A stretch of DNA of 58,848 nucleotides, from assembly GCA_964436255.1 (NCBI GenBank), contig CAYTBW010000001.1, positions 87,163-146,010 on the forward strand, read 5' to 3'. Positions 1 through 8,641 of the stretch are shown one piece after another; position 1 is the stretch's first letter, and each line of letters begins with the position of its first letter. Both the position numbers and the translations under genes were made by a program. The notes under the pieces are model-generated. The model worked only from the letters and a program-made list of their open reading frames with translations. It was not told the DNA's origin and did not search any database. Source of the stretch: an uncultured Candidatus Saccharibacteria bacterium (GTDB lineage Bacteria > Patescibacteriota > Saccharimonadia > CAILAD01 > JADZBC01).

Positions 1-70
1 TCACGTTCAACGCCCTTACGCGCAGAATCAGAACAAAACCTCGGTTCTCATCGATGGCTAGGCCATAGAA

Positions 71-97
71 AAAACCCGACACATGGTCAGGCTTTTT
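71..97 (-). terminator. Rho-independent terminator downstream of tRNA-Asn
   Basis: Read on the minus strand, stem CCTGAC/GTCGGG with a 5-nt loop is followed by TTTTTT. It is nested in a longer inverted repeat (62-73 pairs with 93-104) that abuts the tRNA 3' end. Confidence 0.55.
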
Positions 98-100
98 CTA

Positions 101-175
101 TGGCTCCGACGGTCAGATTCGAACTGACGACCAATGCGTTAACAGCGCACTGCTCTACCACTGAGCTACGTCGGA
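101..175 (-). tRNA. tRNA-Asn (anticodon GTT), CCA encoded
   Basis: The reverse complement folds as a cloverleaf: acceptor TCCGACG/CGTCGGA, D stem GCTC/GAGC, anticodon stem GTGCG/CGCAT with loop CTGTTAA, T arm GTCAG-TTCGAAT-CTGAC, discriminator G then CCA. Confidence 0.93.
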
Positions 176-414
176 ATATGGGATTTAATGAACTCTCGAC
201 CACGATAGCTTTTGAGTTGTTTTTCTCTAGCAATCGCCTCTGGACGAGTGGCAACTGATTCTTCATAAATCAACTGCCATTCGCCAAGAAACCTACTTGT
301 GTAACCTTTAAATGTTCTTTCGTTATGCTGCTTCAGGCGCTGTACCAGGTCGACAGTTTGCCCAATGTATATTCTAGAAGCCGCAGAATTGAAAATCGCA
401 TACACGGTATACAT
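166..414 (-). CDS. GIY-YIG nuclease superfamily small protein (82 aa)
   Basis: N-terminal VYAIF...RIYIGQT (GIY-YIG-type) motif, then KGYTSRF and the REKQLK..R block typical of stand-alone GIY-YIG proteins. The last 10 nt, including the TAG stop, overlap the 5' end of tRNA-Asn. Confidence 0.8.
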   Translation of the reverse strand: MYTVYAIFNSAASRIYIGQTVDLVQRLKQHNERTFKGYTSRFLGEWQLIYEESVATRPEAIAREKQLKSYRGREFIKSHIPT

Positions 415-706
415 TTCTCTAGTCTACCACTGATCCGCCAGCTGGCGGAACGTCGGATCAATACTAAGTGATTATAGCCTTGGCACACTCAAAAATCAAT
501 CATCTGCCAGGTGGAAGCTTTGTTATGTTTTGGCGTAAGCGCTACAATGTAAGCATGCAAAAAGACCCCCTCGAAAAGCTAGAGACTGCCTCGAGCCTGT
601 TGCCTAGGCAAACCAACCGCAGTTTGGCCAAACTCCCCAAGCCACCACGGCGCTGGACCAAAGTACTGCTTGGGCTTATCGTTATAGCCGCAATTGCAAC
701 CGCCGT

Positions 707-1750
707 ATGGTACGCAAGCACGTAAAGCCCGGGCGCTACTCTCGCCTCAAGTGGGTCCTAGCTTGGATAGGTGGAGCTATCGCCATCTTTTGGCTAACTA
801 GCATACTATTAATGGCCAACTTCTATCGGGTGCACCGCGCAGAACCAGAAGTAATCGGTGTCAGCTTTTCCCAAAAACAAGCTGAGCGCTACGGCGTGGA
901 TTGGAGGCAAAATTATACCGCACTGCTCGAAGATCTTAAGTTTAAGAGCCTGCGTATTGCCGCCTATTGGGACAGGCTAGAACCTCGCCAGGGCGAATAC
1001 GACTTTAGCGAGCTAGACTGGATGATTTCTGAAGCCGCTAAAGCTGGCGCCAAACTAACTGTCGTGGTCGGGCAAAAGAACATTCGCTACCCTGAATGCT
1101 ATTACCCCGCTTGGCTAGACCCAGCTAACAAAGATCTTGCGCAAGACCGTGCTAAACAAATGACCGCTAAAGTCGTGGCGAGATACGCGGACAACCCCAC
1201 TATCGAGGCCTGGCAAGTCGAAAACGAGTTCCTCCTACACAGCTTTGGTGAGTGCCCGGTAGAAAACCTTACCCGCCAGCAGCTCAAAGATGAGATTGCC
1301 ATAGTGCGAGAGATTGATCCTGGCAAGCCAATAGTACTAACGCAGAGTGATCAATTCGGCTTCCCTGTTTTCGGCCCATTTGGCGATTACTTTGGCTTTT
1401 CTATGTACCGCTGGTCGTACCGCGAAGGCTTCGGCTACTTCCGTTACCCGCAGCCAGGGCTATACAACTGGTGGAAAGCCGCCTGGGTAGAAGCGCTAAC
1501 AGGCCAAGAAGTTAAGATCCACGAACTCCAAGCCGAAGCTTGGGGCAAGACGGGCAATGAGTATTTACCACTTAGCGAGCAGTATAAGACCATGAACCCA
1601 GCTCAGTTCCGGGACAACGTACAGTATGCCCGCGACACGCAGATTCGCCGCATTGACCTCTGGGGCGCTGAGTGGTGGTATTGGCTTAAGGCATCCAAGG
1701 ACCAGCCGGCCATGTGGAATGAAGTTAAGTCCCTAATGCAGGGTCAATAG
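707..1750 (+). CDS. Membrane-anchored glycoside hydrolase, clan GH-A TIM-barrel (GH42/GH35/GH5-like)
   Basis: 347-aa ORF with an N-terminal TM helix (WVLAWIGGAIAIFWLTSILLMANF). RIAAYWDRLEPRQGEYDF and WQVENEF motifs resemble clan-A glycosidases with a catalytic Glu in an NE motif. The exact family is not assignable by eye. Confidence 0.7.
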   Translation: MVRKHVKPGRYSRLKWVLAWIGGAIAIFWLTSILLMANFYRVHRAEPEVIGVSFSQKQAERYGVDWRQNYTALLEDLKFKSLRIAAYWDRLEPRQGEYDFSELDWMISEAAKAGAKLTVVVGQKNIRYPECYYPAWLDPANKDLAQDRAKQMTAKVVARYADNPTIEAWQVENEFLLHSFGECPVENLTRQQLKDEIAIVREIDPGKPIVLTQSDQFGFPVFGPFGDYFGFSMYRWSYREGFGYFRYPQPGLYNWWKAAWVEALTGQEVKIHELQAEAWGKTGNEYLPLSEQYKTMNPAQFRDNVQYARDTQIRRIDLWGAEWWYWLKASKDQPAMWNEVKSLMQGQ

Positions 1751-1758
1751 TAAAGGGT

Positions 1759-2877
1759 CTACTTCTTCCTTAGTGCTCGTAAGTAACCTTTGTGAGTTAA
1801 CTCTGCGGTTGTGCTCCAGCTAAACTTTTTAAGCTGTTCTTCGCCTCGTTCAACCAATACCTGCTGTCGGTCTTTGTCGGACAGCAAAGCCGCCATTACT
1901 TTTGCCATCTCTGCCGTATCGGTAGCATCAAAGTATTCTGCCGCTTCGCCGGCAACTTCTGGCAGACATGTAGCGTCCGAGCTCGCTACAGGTACGCCGT
2001 AACTCATAGCCTCCAGCGCTGGCAAACCGAAACCTTCGCTAAGCGATGGGAACACGTAGAGGCTCGCCTTCTTATACAGGCCTGCTAATTCCGCGTCACT
2101 CACGTAGCCAGTGAATATCACTCTGTCATCCAAGCGTACTTCGGCCACGTCCTTTTCGAGTTGTTCATGAAAGTGATCTTTGCGGCCTGCGATTACTAAT
2201 TGGTAGTCCAGCATATACTCAGTTATTAACTTGCCAAAGGCGATGATGAGGCGCTCCAAATTTTTATGCGGATAGGCGTTTCCTACGTAAAGCAAGTAAG
2301 ACTTATTAATGCCGAACTTCAGCAAATCCACACGTGGTCGCTTATATGGCATTTCTGCAGCGGCGGAAGTTACAATTATCTTCCTGGAAGAAACTTTATA
2401 CTTTTCTATCAGTCCATTCTTTACGTATTCAGTAGGAACGAACACAAGCTCAGACCGAGCTATACCCTGCTTCAGCACAAAGCGCATCACCATGTCTTTA
2501 ACATGGTAATAGAACGGCAGCATCTTTTTGCGATGTATATTCTTAAACTCTAAGAGGGTAAGGTCGTAAATCGTAATCACAAACTTACCGCGGTATAGTA
2601 TTGGGAAGTCAAAGTTGGTGAAGTGCATGAGGTCGGCCTTTTGCTTACGCAGTCGCCACCAAAAGCTCGTCTGCTCTCGGAAGGTAAACCATGGCTCCGG
2701 CGCATCGACCAGCTCCAAGTTATCGGCTTTATAATCCAGCTTATCGCAGTCTTCTGGTCGTACGAGCAAAACGTATTGGTTTTCTGTATCACGCTCCAAT
2801 ACGCCGCGCAATGTTTCTTCTACGTAGCGGCCAATGCCCGTCTGCTTTATCCATCTACCATCAATTACAATTTTCAT
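1759..2877 (-). CDS. Glycosyltransferase family 4 (GT1-fold)
   Basis: 372 aa. C-terminal PSLSEGFGLPALEAMSYGVPV...LPEV block is the GT4 retaining-transferase signature. Confidence 0.85.
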   Translation of the reverse strand: MKIVIDGRWIKQTGIGRYVEETLRGVLERDTENQYVLLVRPEDCDKLDYKADNLELVDAPEPWFTFREQTSFWWRLRKQKADLMHFTNFDFPILYRGKFVITIYDLTLLEFKNIHRKKMLPFYYHVKDMVMRFVLKQGIARSELVFVPTEYVKNGLIEKYKVSSRKIIVTSAAAEMPYKRPRVDLLKFGINKSYLLYVGNAYPHKNLERLIIAFGKLITEYMLDYQLVIAGRKDHFHEQLEKDVAEVRLDDRVIFTGYVSDAELAGLYKKASLYVFPSLSEGFGLPALEAMSYGVPVASSDATCLPEVAGEAAEYFDATDTAEMAKVMAALLSDKDRQQVLVERGEEQLKKFSWSTTAELTHKGYLRALRKK

Positions 2878-2930
2878 AAGGTTATTATAACCTATCTCCA
2901 GCTTTGCATCTCCTCTGCGCCGCTTGCATC

Positions 2931-3318
2931 CCCGACCTTGGAGTAACAGGATCAGTGAATCTGAGACCTTCAGCTCTAGCGAGGACTTAGCGTAAGCGAT
3001 CCCGCAGATAGAAGCTAGTAAGTCGAAGCATGAGATGAATCCTTGTTTGCGAACCCGTGGTCGGAAGGGCTTTAGGTTCTTTTGGCCCTTTCAAAAGAAC
3101 GAAATGGCTTAAAGGATAATGCTCTATATGTATTACTACTTTTGAATATACCAAAAGTAGTCAAAAGTATTGGCGACATGGGCTTCGAATCTAGGGGTGA
3201 CTGTTCTGACACTTCCTAGAATGTCGCTCCCACTGCGAGTTTGAGGACTCTCGTGGTTAGCTCTTTCTGGCTCGTGACTTCCAGTCTTCCTGATCCTCGA
3301 ATGTCGCGGTTAGCTACA
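2931..3318 (+). repeat. Mosaic intergenic repeat, copy A (TIR - module Y - core - module X - TIR)
   Basis: 2979-3007 is identical (29/29, direct) to 28102-28130. 3216-3258 matches 28335-28377 (41/43, direct). 3049-3103 is the exact reverse complement (55/55) of 28252-28306. 3137-3195 matches the reverse complement of 28164-28222 (about 52/59). Confidence 0.85.
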
Positions 3319-3456
3319 CAGAAGCTGCAAGTAATTCATAAGATGGGTAGTGAATTTTAGCTACTTTGCACAAACTAACGTGCTCGTGCTTGAGGCCCTT
3401 CTATAACACTAATTATCCTAGCCCTGTACGTATCGTCTACAGCCCTAGGAGGGACC

Positions 3457-4542
3457 ATGAACGTACGGAGGGTGATGACCGCAAGGTGGTCGCTTTTTTG
3501 TTTGGTGCTGGCCATAACCGTAGTGCTGCTTGCACCTATCAAGCCGGCTTCGGCCAGTGGCAGCCTCTACGTCGGCCAGGGCGGCGAGGTTGCCAACTAC
3601 CAAGCAGCCTTCAACCGCATCGGTGGCAGCGCGGCCATTGGCTACCCCGAAAGCACCGTTCACTGGTGGGGCAACGGATGCATCCAGGACTTCGGTGGCG
3701 GCAGGTACGGCGATTCAGCCCTCATGCAACCACGCTGCACCGGCCCTGTCTACGTGGTGGTCGGCAACACCTGGCGCAAGTTCATCGAACGCTTCGCTGG
3801 TGGGTCGGTTAGCTACTACGGCTACCCATACAACGACGGCCACCGCTGGGGTGCGGGCTGGGCGCAGGACTTCACCGGAGGCACCTACGGCTGGAACATC
3901 TTCGTCTACGGGGATGCCGTCGGCCGAGCCCACAACGTCCGTGGCGACATCTTGCGCTACTGGGCCAATGCACTCGGTGGTGCGCCGGGCAGCTTTGGCT
4001 TCCCTACCAGCGACGAGTACGCCTGGAGTGGCCTGCAGCGGCAAGACTTCCAGGGTGGGTCAATCGTGTGGAGTGCCAGTGGTGGTGCGCGCGTCTACCG
4101 GGCAACTCCGCCGCCGGCACCACCCGCACCCACGCGGGAACAAAAGGCTGTGGCCTGGGCCTTGGCAGAGGTGCGCTCACCGCGCCCTGGATGGAGTGAC
4201 GAATACCGGCGCATCTGGTCGGGCTACTGCGAAGGCTTCGTCGAGGCGGCCTATGGCAATCACTACGGTCGCTGGGCCACTCCGTATCGTTCGGCCATCG
4301 CCGACTACCAGGCGCAGCGAGCAGCAGGGCGCGTTCGAACATCAGGTGAGCCGCCAGCCGGCGCGCTGGTGTTTTACAACATCACCCAGTACGGCCATGT
4401 GGCTCTGTCGCTGGGTGATGGGCGCGTGGTGACCACGTGGGGCTTTGGCGAAGCCGAGCACGCGGTGCGCGTCGTGCCGCGAACCACCTTCGGCAACTAC
4501 CTTGGCTGGAGCTACGCCAACCCTGCCTGGGGCGGCCGCTAG
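3457..4542 (+). CDS. Secreted LGFP-repeat protein with C-terminal NlpC/P60- or CHAP-like cysteine peptidase/amidase domain (high-GC gene)
   Basis: AGGAGG lies 5 nt upstream of the ATG. Signal peptide MNVRRVMTARWSLFCLVLAITVVLLAPIKPASA. About 3-4 repeats of the type G.P......W..G..QDF.GG, for example ILRYWANALGGAPGSFGFPTSDEYAWSGLQRQDFQGGSIVW. PPPAPPAP linker. The C-terminal domain has Cys in SGYCEGFV and His in YGHVALSLGDG. A sampled line (3601-3660) is 63% GC versus about 48% in the neighbouring gene. Confidence 0.8.
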   Translation: MNVRRVMTARWSLFCLVLAITVVLLAPIKPASASGSLYVGQGGEVANYQAAFNRIGGSAAIGYPESTVHWWGNGCIQDFGGGRYGDSALMQPRCTGPVYVVVGNTWRKFIERFAGGSVSYYGYPYNDGHRWGAGWAQDFTGGTYGWNIFVYGDAVGRAHNVRGDILRYWANALGGAPGSFGFPTSDEYAWSGLQRQDFQGGSIVWSASGGARVYRATPPPAPPAPTREQKAVAWALAEVRSPRPGWSDEYRRIWSGYCEGFVEAAYGNHYGRWATPYRSAIADYQAQRAAGRVRTSGEPPAGALVFYNITQYGHVALSLGDGRVVTTWGFGEAEHAVRVVPRTTFGNYLGWSYANPAWGGR

Positions 4543-4565
4543 CTCGGCTCTACTTCTGTCCGTTC

Positions 4566-4595
4566 GGGGCTGGCGAGTTAATCCTCGCCAGCCCC
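4566..4595 (+). terminator. Hairpin terminator after the high-GC hydrolase gene (between convergent genes)
   Basis: Perfect 12-bp stem GGGGCTGGCGAG/CTCGCCAGCCCC with a 6-nt loop, followed by TTAATTTTAG. Confidence 0.6.
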
Positions 4596-4601
4596 TTAAT
4601 T

Positions 4602-6086
4602 TTAGTTCCTACGCAGAACGACTACCCCGTTTTGCAAGAATACCTGCTCATAGCCGAATCTCTCGACGGCACGCTGAATGAAGCTATTTAGCTCCTCGAC
4701 CGAAGCAAATGGCCACATGTCGTATCCTTGCGCAGCGACGATGTAGCCGGGTTTGTACTGACTCAAGTCAATTGGCAGGTTGTATATCTCTCGCCGGGAA
4801 CTTAGTTGTGGAAAGGCAGCCTGGGCCGCTACTGATGAGTCTCTAGGAATAAGGCTTAGTGCTTTATGTGTCGATTTATCAGCTGCCGATAGAGAGTAAA
4901 AGGCTGGCTGGATAAGCCGCTGCGGATAGCGTTCATCAATCCTTATATGCACTGCTATCGAGCCGACGACACAGATGCAGACGGCGGCAACCCCAACCTG
5001 GCTTCGCGACACCTTTAGACCATACCGGCTGGCCAATTTATACAATCGGTGCGCACCTACGATTGCAGCGACTAGCAGTATAGGCGCCTGGTCGGCCGAA
5101 TAGTGCTGGATCACTGACCAGCGCCACGGCTGGGTACTCAAGAACCTGCCAAGCCATAGGGGCGAAAGTAGTACCAAAATTTCCAGCCCAATTAACGGTA
5201 ATCCACCGAATGAAAACAGCATAAACACAATTGATTTCGTCTTCTCTAGCGGTAAGAATAGTTGTCGCACAAACTCTTTGGGGGTCTGAACGGCGGCCTT
5301 AGCAACATCAGCTGTCCCCTTACCAAACACATTATCCGAATACACGTACGGCGCGTTGCCAAACCACGGCAGCCAGTACTGAGTGACTGCTATAAAATAT
5401 GCGGCGCCAACTCCTAATAGCAGCCCACCTTTTTTGTACTGTCGGCGCATAATGATTATATAGAGGCCAAACATAATGACTAGCAAAGGCATGTTTTCTT
5501 TTACTAAGAGGAGTAATGCCAAGCAAACGAGCATTGGCTTGAAGTGGTCTTCGAGCAAAAAGTATAAAGCCCAAGCAATGATTGGCAGAGCTAAGAATAC
5601 TTCATGGAAGGCATAGGACTGGCCTGACCAAAAGCCAAAGAACATAAAGTACGGGACAAGCCAGCCAGCGGCTACTCGCTTGTCTTTAAAGTACTTAAGC
5701 GCAATCTTATATAGTGGATAGCCGCTAAGTATTAAGGCTACAATTTGGATAAGGACGAGCGAGTAGGCGTTCTGCCAAAGGAAGTAGATTGGAGCATACA
5801 GAAATAATATGAAGTGGGAGTGATCGCCAAGCAGGTTTAGCTCAGTTGGAAGTTTGAGGGGGTTTGGGCCGAAGTTGCCATGCACCATGCCCCACATGTG
5901 GCGATTAAACAATCCTAGGTCCAGCATGGGGTACATGAATTTCCGATAACTAAAGTAGCTGAAGATAAAGAAAGTCAGGAAGGCCAATCCAGATACCATG
6001 TAGAACCAGAGGTGGTCTCGGGCGTGTTGCTTGCTACGAACTAGCGAATTAGGCTTTTGCTTTGGTTTTCTTTGCTTCTTTACCAC
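4602..6086 (-). CDS. DUF2079-like polytopic membrane protein (predicted GT-C-type glycosyltransferase)
   Basis: 494 aa with many TM helices. The MLDLGLFNRHMWGMVHG...LLGDHSHFILFLYAPIYFLW region resembles DUF2079. K-rich N-terminus. The start overlaps the upstream ORF by 38 nt and is uncertain. Confidence 0.65.
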   Translation of the reverse strand: MVKKQRKPKQKPNSLVRSKQHARDHLWFYMVSGLAFLTFFIFSYFSYRKFMYPMLDLGLFNRHMWGMVHGNFGPNPLKLPTELNLLGDHSHFILFLYAPIYFLWQNAYSLVLIQIVALILSGYPLYKIALKYFKDKRVAAGWLVPYFMFFGFWSGQSYAFHEVFLALPIIAWALYFLLEDHFKPMLVCLALLLLVKENMPLLVIMFGLYIIIMRRQYKKGGLLLGVGAAYFIAVTQYWLPWFGNAPYVYSDNVFGKGTADVAKAAVQTPKEFVRQLFLPLEKTKSIVFMLFSFGGLPLIGLEILVLLSPLWLGRFLSTQPWRWSVIQHYSADQAPILLVAAIVGAHRLYKLASRYGLKVSRSQVGVAAVCICVVGSIAVHIRIDERYPQRLIQPAFYSLSAADKSTHKALSLIPRDSSVAAQAAFPQLSSRREIYNLPIDLSQYKPGYIVAAQGYDMWPFASVEELNSFIQRAVERFGYEQVFLQNGVVVLRRN

Positions 6087-7416
6087 TGCTACCCTCTTTC
6101 GGTTTATTCTTTAGCACTATCGCCATTAGCAGACCAATTGCCACCCATATGTGCATTATGTATAAGGTCGAGAATGTCTGATATTGAACGGCAGTTGCGC
6201 CAAGGTATGCAATGAGCCCCGCTGCCCACACGCCGCCATCATTGCCGAGCTCTCCACTCAAGAACTTTGGCAGCACATACTTAAGCCCCGAATAAAGAAG
6301 AGTTGCAAAGAATGCCAGCAGAGTTAGGAAGCCCACCAAGCCAGTCTCAGCCAAGAGTTCGAGTGGTTCATTGTTCACGATCACCCGGGGCGCCTGTTGA
6401 TAGCCTGGGTATGCCTCTTTTGCGTACCAGTCAAAGTTTCCGGGTCCAATGCCGAGTACTGGCTGCTCCTTAAAGGCCTGCCAAGCAAGCTTTCTGTTGC
6501 GAATACGGTCGTCCTGAGAGTCAAAATTCACTGTTTGCGTAACAAGTTGCTTGGTTTTCTTCTCGGCGCTGAATTTGTCGTCACTGGTTTTTGGCGTAGT
6601 AAGGGATGATGCAAAGGTCAAAAAATACGCGAAGGCTGCAGCGGCTACTATTAATCCGAGGTAGATTAATATCTTCCGCCAGCTTCTTGCCTTGTAAAAG
6701 CAGGTTGGGAGAAGCAAGCTGACTGCGACAAGTATGCCCGCGGCTATTGCCCCTCGCGAAACGGTAAGCACAATAGTGGCAGTAACCGCAAAGAGTGTGA
6801 CTGCGCGGGTTCTGTCTGCTATCAACTGTCTAACGCTGAGAACACTAAATGGTATCAATAAGAAGCTAGCGAAGAACAATGGTTCAAGCGCCGTAGATTG
6901 AATTCGGGGAAAACCAAAAACTGTCTTTATGTAATTGGGGGCGAGCCCGGTCACCGACTGACTTAGTCCAAAGGTGTCACCAAGGTACTGAAACATACCA
7001 AAGACAACTGCGATCCATGCGCCCCACACAAGAGCCTTTTCGTACTTCTCCAAATTCCGCTCTTCCGCAACGAATGATATCGCCAGGCTCGTAACGCACG
7101 TCAGCGTAGTTGCAATAAATACGCGTGCTGCCGCTGATAGGTCGAGAGCCAGCAGGGAGCCTAGAAAGAGTATGAATAAGAAAGCTACTAGAAACACCCT
7201 AGGTACTTTTAAAAGCTTCTTACGCTGCTTCAATATGGCGGGTACCGCAACGACAATGAGCATAACGGCAACAATCTGATTTATCCTTATAGTCACTTGG
7301 CCGCCGAGGATATCTAGCGAAGGAATGCGTTCGAAAGGCAAGCTAAACAACAGGAGGGCCATTACACTGCCGGCCAAGCCTCCGGTCCGATATCTTTTCA
7401 TTAAATCCTTCATCAA
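6049..7416 (-). CDS. O-antigen ligase/polymerase family (Wzy_C-like) membrane protein
   Basis: 455 aa with at least 10 hydrophobic helices. The TVSRGAIAAGILVAV loop region is typical of the Wzy_C family. Lys-rich C-terminal tail. Confidence 0.7.
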   Translation of the reverse strand: MMKDLMKRYRTGGLAGSVMALLLFSLPFERIPSLDILGGQVTIRINQIVAVMLIVVAVPAILKQRKKLLKVPRVFLVAFLFILFLGSLLALDLSAAARVFIATTLTCVTSLAISFVAEERNLEKYEKALVWGAWIAVVFGMFQYLGDTFGLSQSVTGLAPNYIKTVFGFPRIQSTALEPLFFASFLLIPFSVLSVRQLIADRTRAVTLFAVTATIVLTVSRGAIAAGILVAVSLLLPTCFYKARSWRKILIYLGLIVAAAAFAYFLTFASSLTTPKTSDDKFSAEKKTKQLVTQTVNFDSQDDRIRNRKLAWQAFKEQPVLGIGPGNFDWYAKEAYPGYQQAPRVIVNNEPLELLAETGLVGFLTLLAFFATLLYSGLKYVLPKFLSGELGNDGGVWAAGLIAYLGATAVQYQTFSTLYIMHIWVAIGLLMAIVLKNKPKEGSSGKEAKKTKAKA

Positions 7417-7430
7417 GTTGATAGTATAGT

Positions 7431-8576
7431 TTATTTGTTGGCTTTCTGCACGTCCTGAATAACCTCTGCCAATTTCATGCCAGAATCAGCCCAATTGAAC
7501 CGTGCGGCTTGCTTTATACCGTGTTGTCTCGAAGTCTCCGCGAGCTTGGAGTTCGTCAAAAGGCTTGCCATCTGGTCCGTCAAGCTAGCTTCATCCCCTG
7601 GATCGACTGTCGCCCCCTCCCTACCGACTACCTCTGGTAGCGATGACGTATTCGATGTAATCACCGGCACTCCACAAGCCATAGCCTCCAATACTGGCAT
7701 ACCGAAGCCCTCATACAGGGCAGGGAAAACGAATAACGATGCCCCGCCGTATAGTCCTGGCTTATCCTTATCTTCGACGTAACCAGTGCGGATAATTGAG
7801 TTTTCCTTGCTAAGAGCGTCGAACGTCCCCTCAATCTCTTCGTCCATCCATCCTTTACCTCCTGCGAGAACTAAGCTATATTCTGACTTTACCTTCGCAG
7901 GAAGCACCGCATAGGCACGCATCAAAGCAGCAACATTTTTGCGAGGCTCGATGGTTCCAAGGTAGAGAATGTACTTAGCAGGAAGCTTGTATTTATCACG
8001 AACTCTTGTAATTTCGGCCTTCTGCTGAGGCCTAAATACAGACTCGTCTGCGGCAGGGTAAATTACGCTTACACTCTCCTCCTCTGCGCCGTACAGCGCC
8101 ACTAGGTCGTTCTTAGTAGACTCAGAGCAGACCACAATGCGTGACGACCTGCGAATTGCACCCTTAACTTCCTTGTCTAGAAACTTTTTATGTCTTGGAG
8201 TGTTAAGGGCATCAATGCGGGCGAATGATAGGTCGTATATGAATGTTATGCTCTTTGCGCTACCTAGCATTGGCGGGCGGGAAAAGTTTGGGAATACATA
8301 AACATCTCCTTGTGTTCGCGAGAGTAAATTATATGGAATTACATTCATGTAATGCAGTAGCCCACTATAAAATCTTTCGGGCAACGGCAAGAAGCGTTTC
8401 TGCTCTACATTGCTGCCTATAATGCCCAGGCCTCGTGTTCCAGTCGCCATATATGCCAGTTCAAACTCAGCATCCAGCATTTGCTCTATTGCCGCCTGAA
8501 GCAAGCGACGGGTGTAATAGTCTATCCCGGTTGGCTTCGGGCGAGCTAGCACTGTCGCATCTACAATTATCTTCAA
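7431..8576 (-). CDS. Glycosyltransferase family 4
   Basis: 381 aa. PALYEGFGMPVLEAMACGVPVITSNTSSLPEVVG signature. Confidence 0.85.
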   Translation of the reverse strand: MKIIVDATVLARPKPTGIDYYTRRLLQAAIEQMLDAEFELAYMATGTRGLGIIGSNVEQKRFLPLPERFYSGLLHYMNVIPYNLLSRTQGDVYVFPNFSRPPMLGSAKSITFIYDLSFARIDALNTPRHKKFLDKEVKGAIRRSSRIVVCSESTKNDLVALYGAEEESVSVIYPAADESVFRPQQKAEITRVRDKYKLPAKYILYLGTIEPRKNVAALMRAYAVLPAKVKSEYSLVLAGGKGWMDEEIEGTFDALSKENSIIRTGYVEDKDKPGLYGGASLFVFPALYEGFGMPVLEAMACGVPVITSNTSSLPEVVGREGATVDPGDEASLTDQMASLLTNSKLAETSRQHGIKQAARFNWADSGMKLAEVIQDVQKANK

Positions 8577-8641
8577 GTAGGTTAACTCCTGTTACTCGGT
8601 GGGGTATACTAGTACTATTCTAGCAGTAAATGGGGAGAACT

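Noticed and set aside
435-448. Perfect 14-nt palindrome CCGCCAGCTGGCGG in the divergent GIY-YIG / glycosidase intergenic region (possible operator).
   Set aside because: It is a single occurrence with no cognate regulator nearby. A palindrome of this size can arise by chance and cannot be supported further from sequence alone.
468-725. 85-aa ORF upstream of, and overlapping, the glycosidase gene (possible small membrane protein starting at ATG 555).
   Set aside because: No SD and no recognisable family. It overlaps the better-supported 707 start and may simply be the 5' leader. Left unannotated.
3445-4432. Several long alternative-frame and antisense ORFs inside the high-GC hydrolase gene (3366-3812, 3530-4432, 3715-4044, 4004-4342, 3445-3663).
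   Set aside because: High-GC DNA suppresses stop codons in all frames. These ORFs give Arg/Ala/Pro-rich nonsense with no motifs, while the 3457-4542 frame has SD, a signal peptide and recognisable domains.
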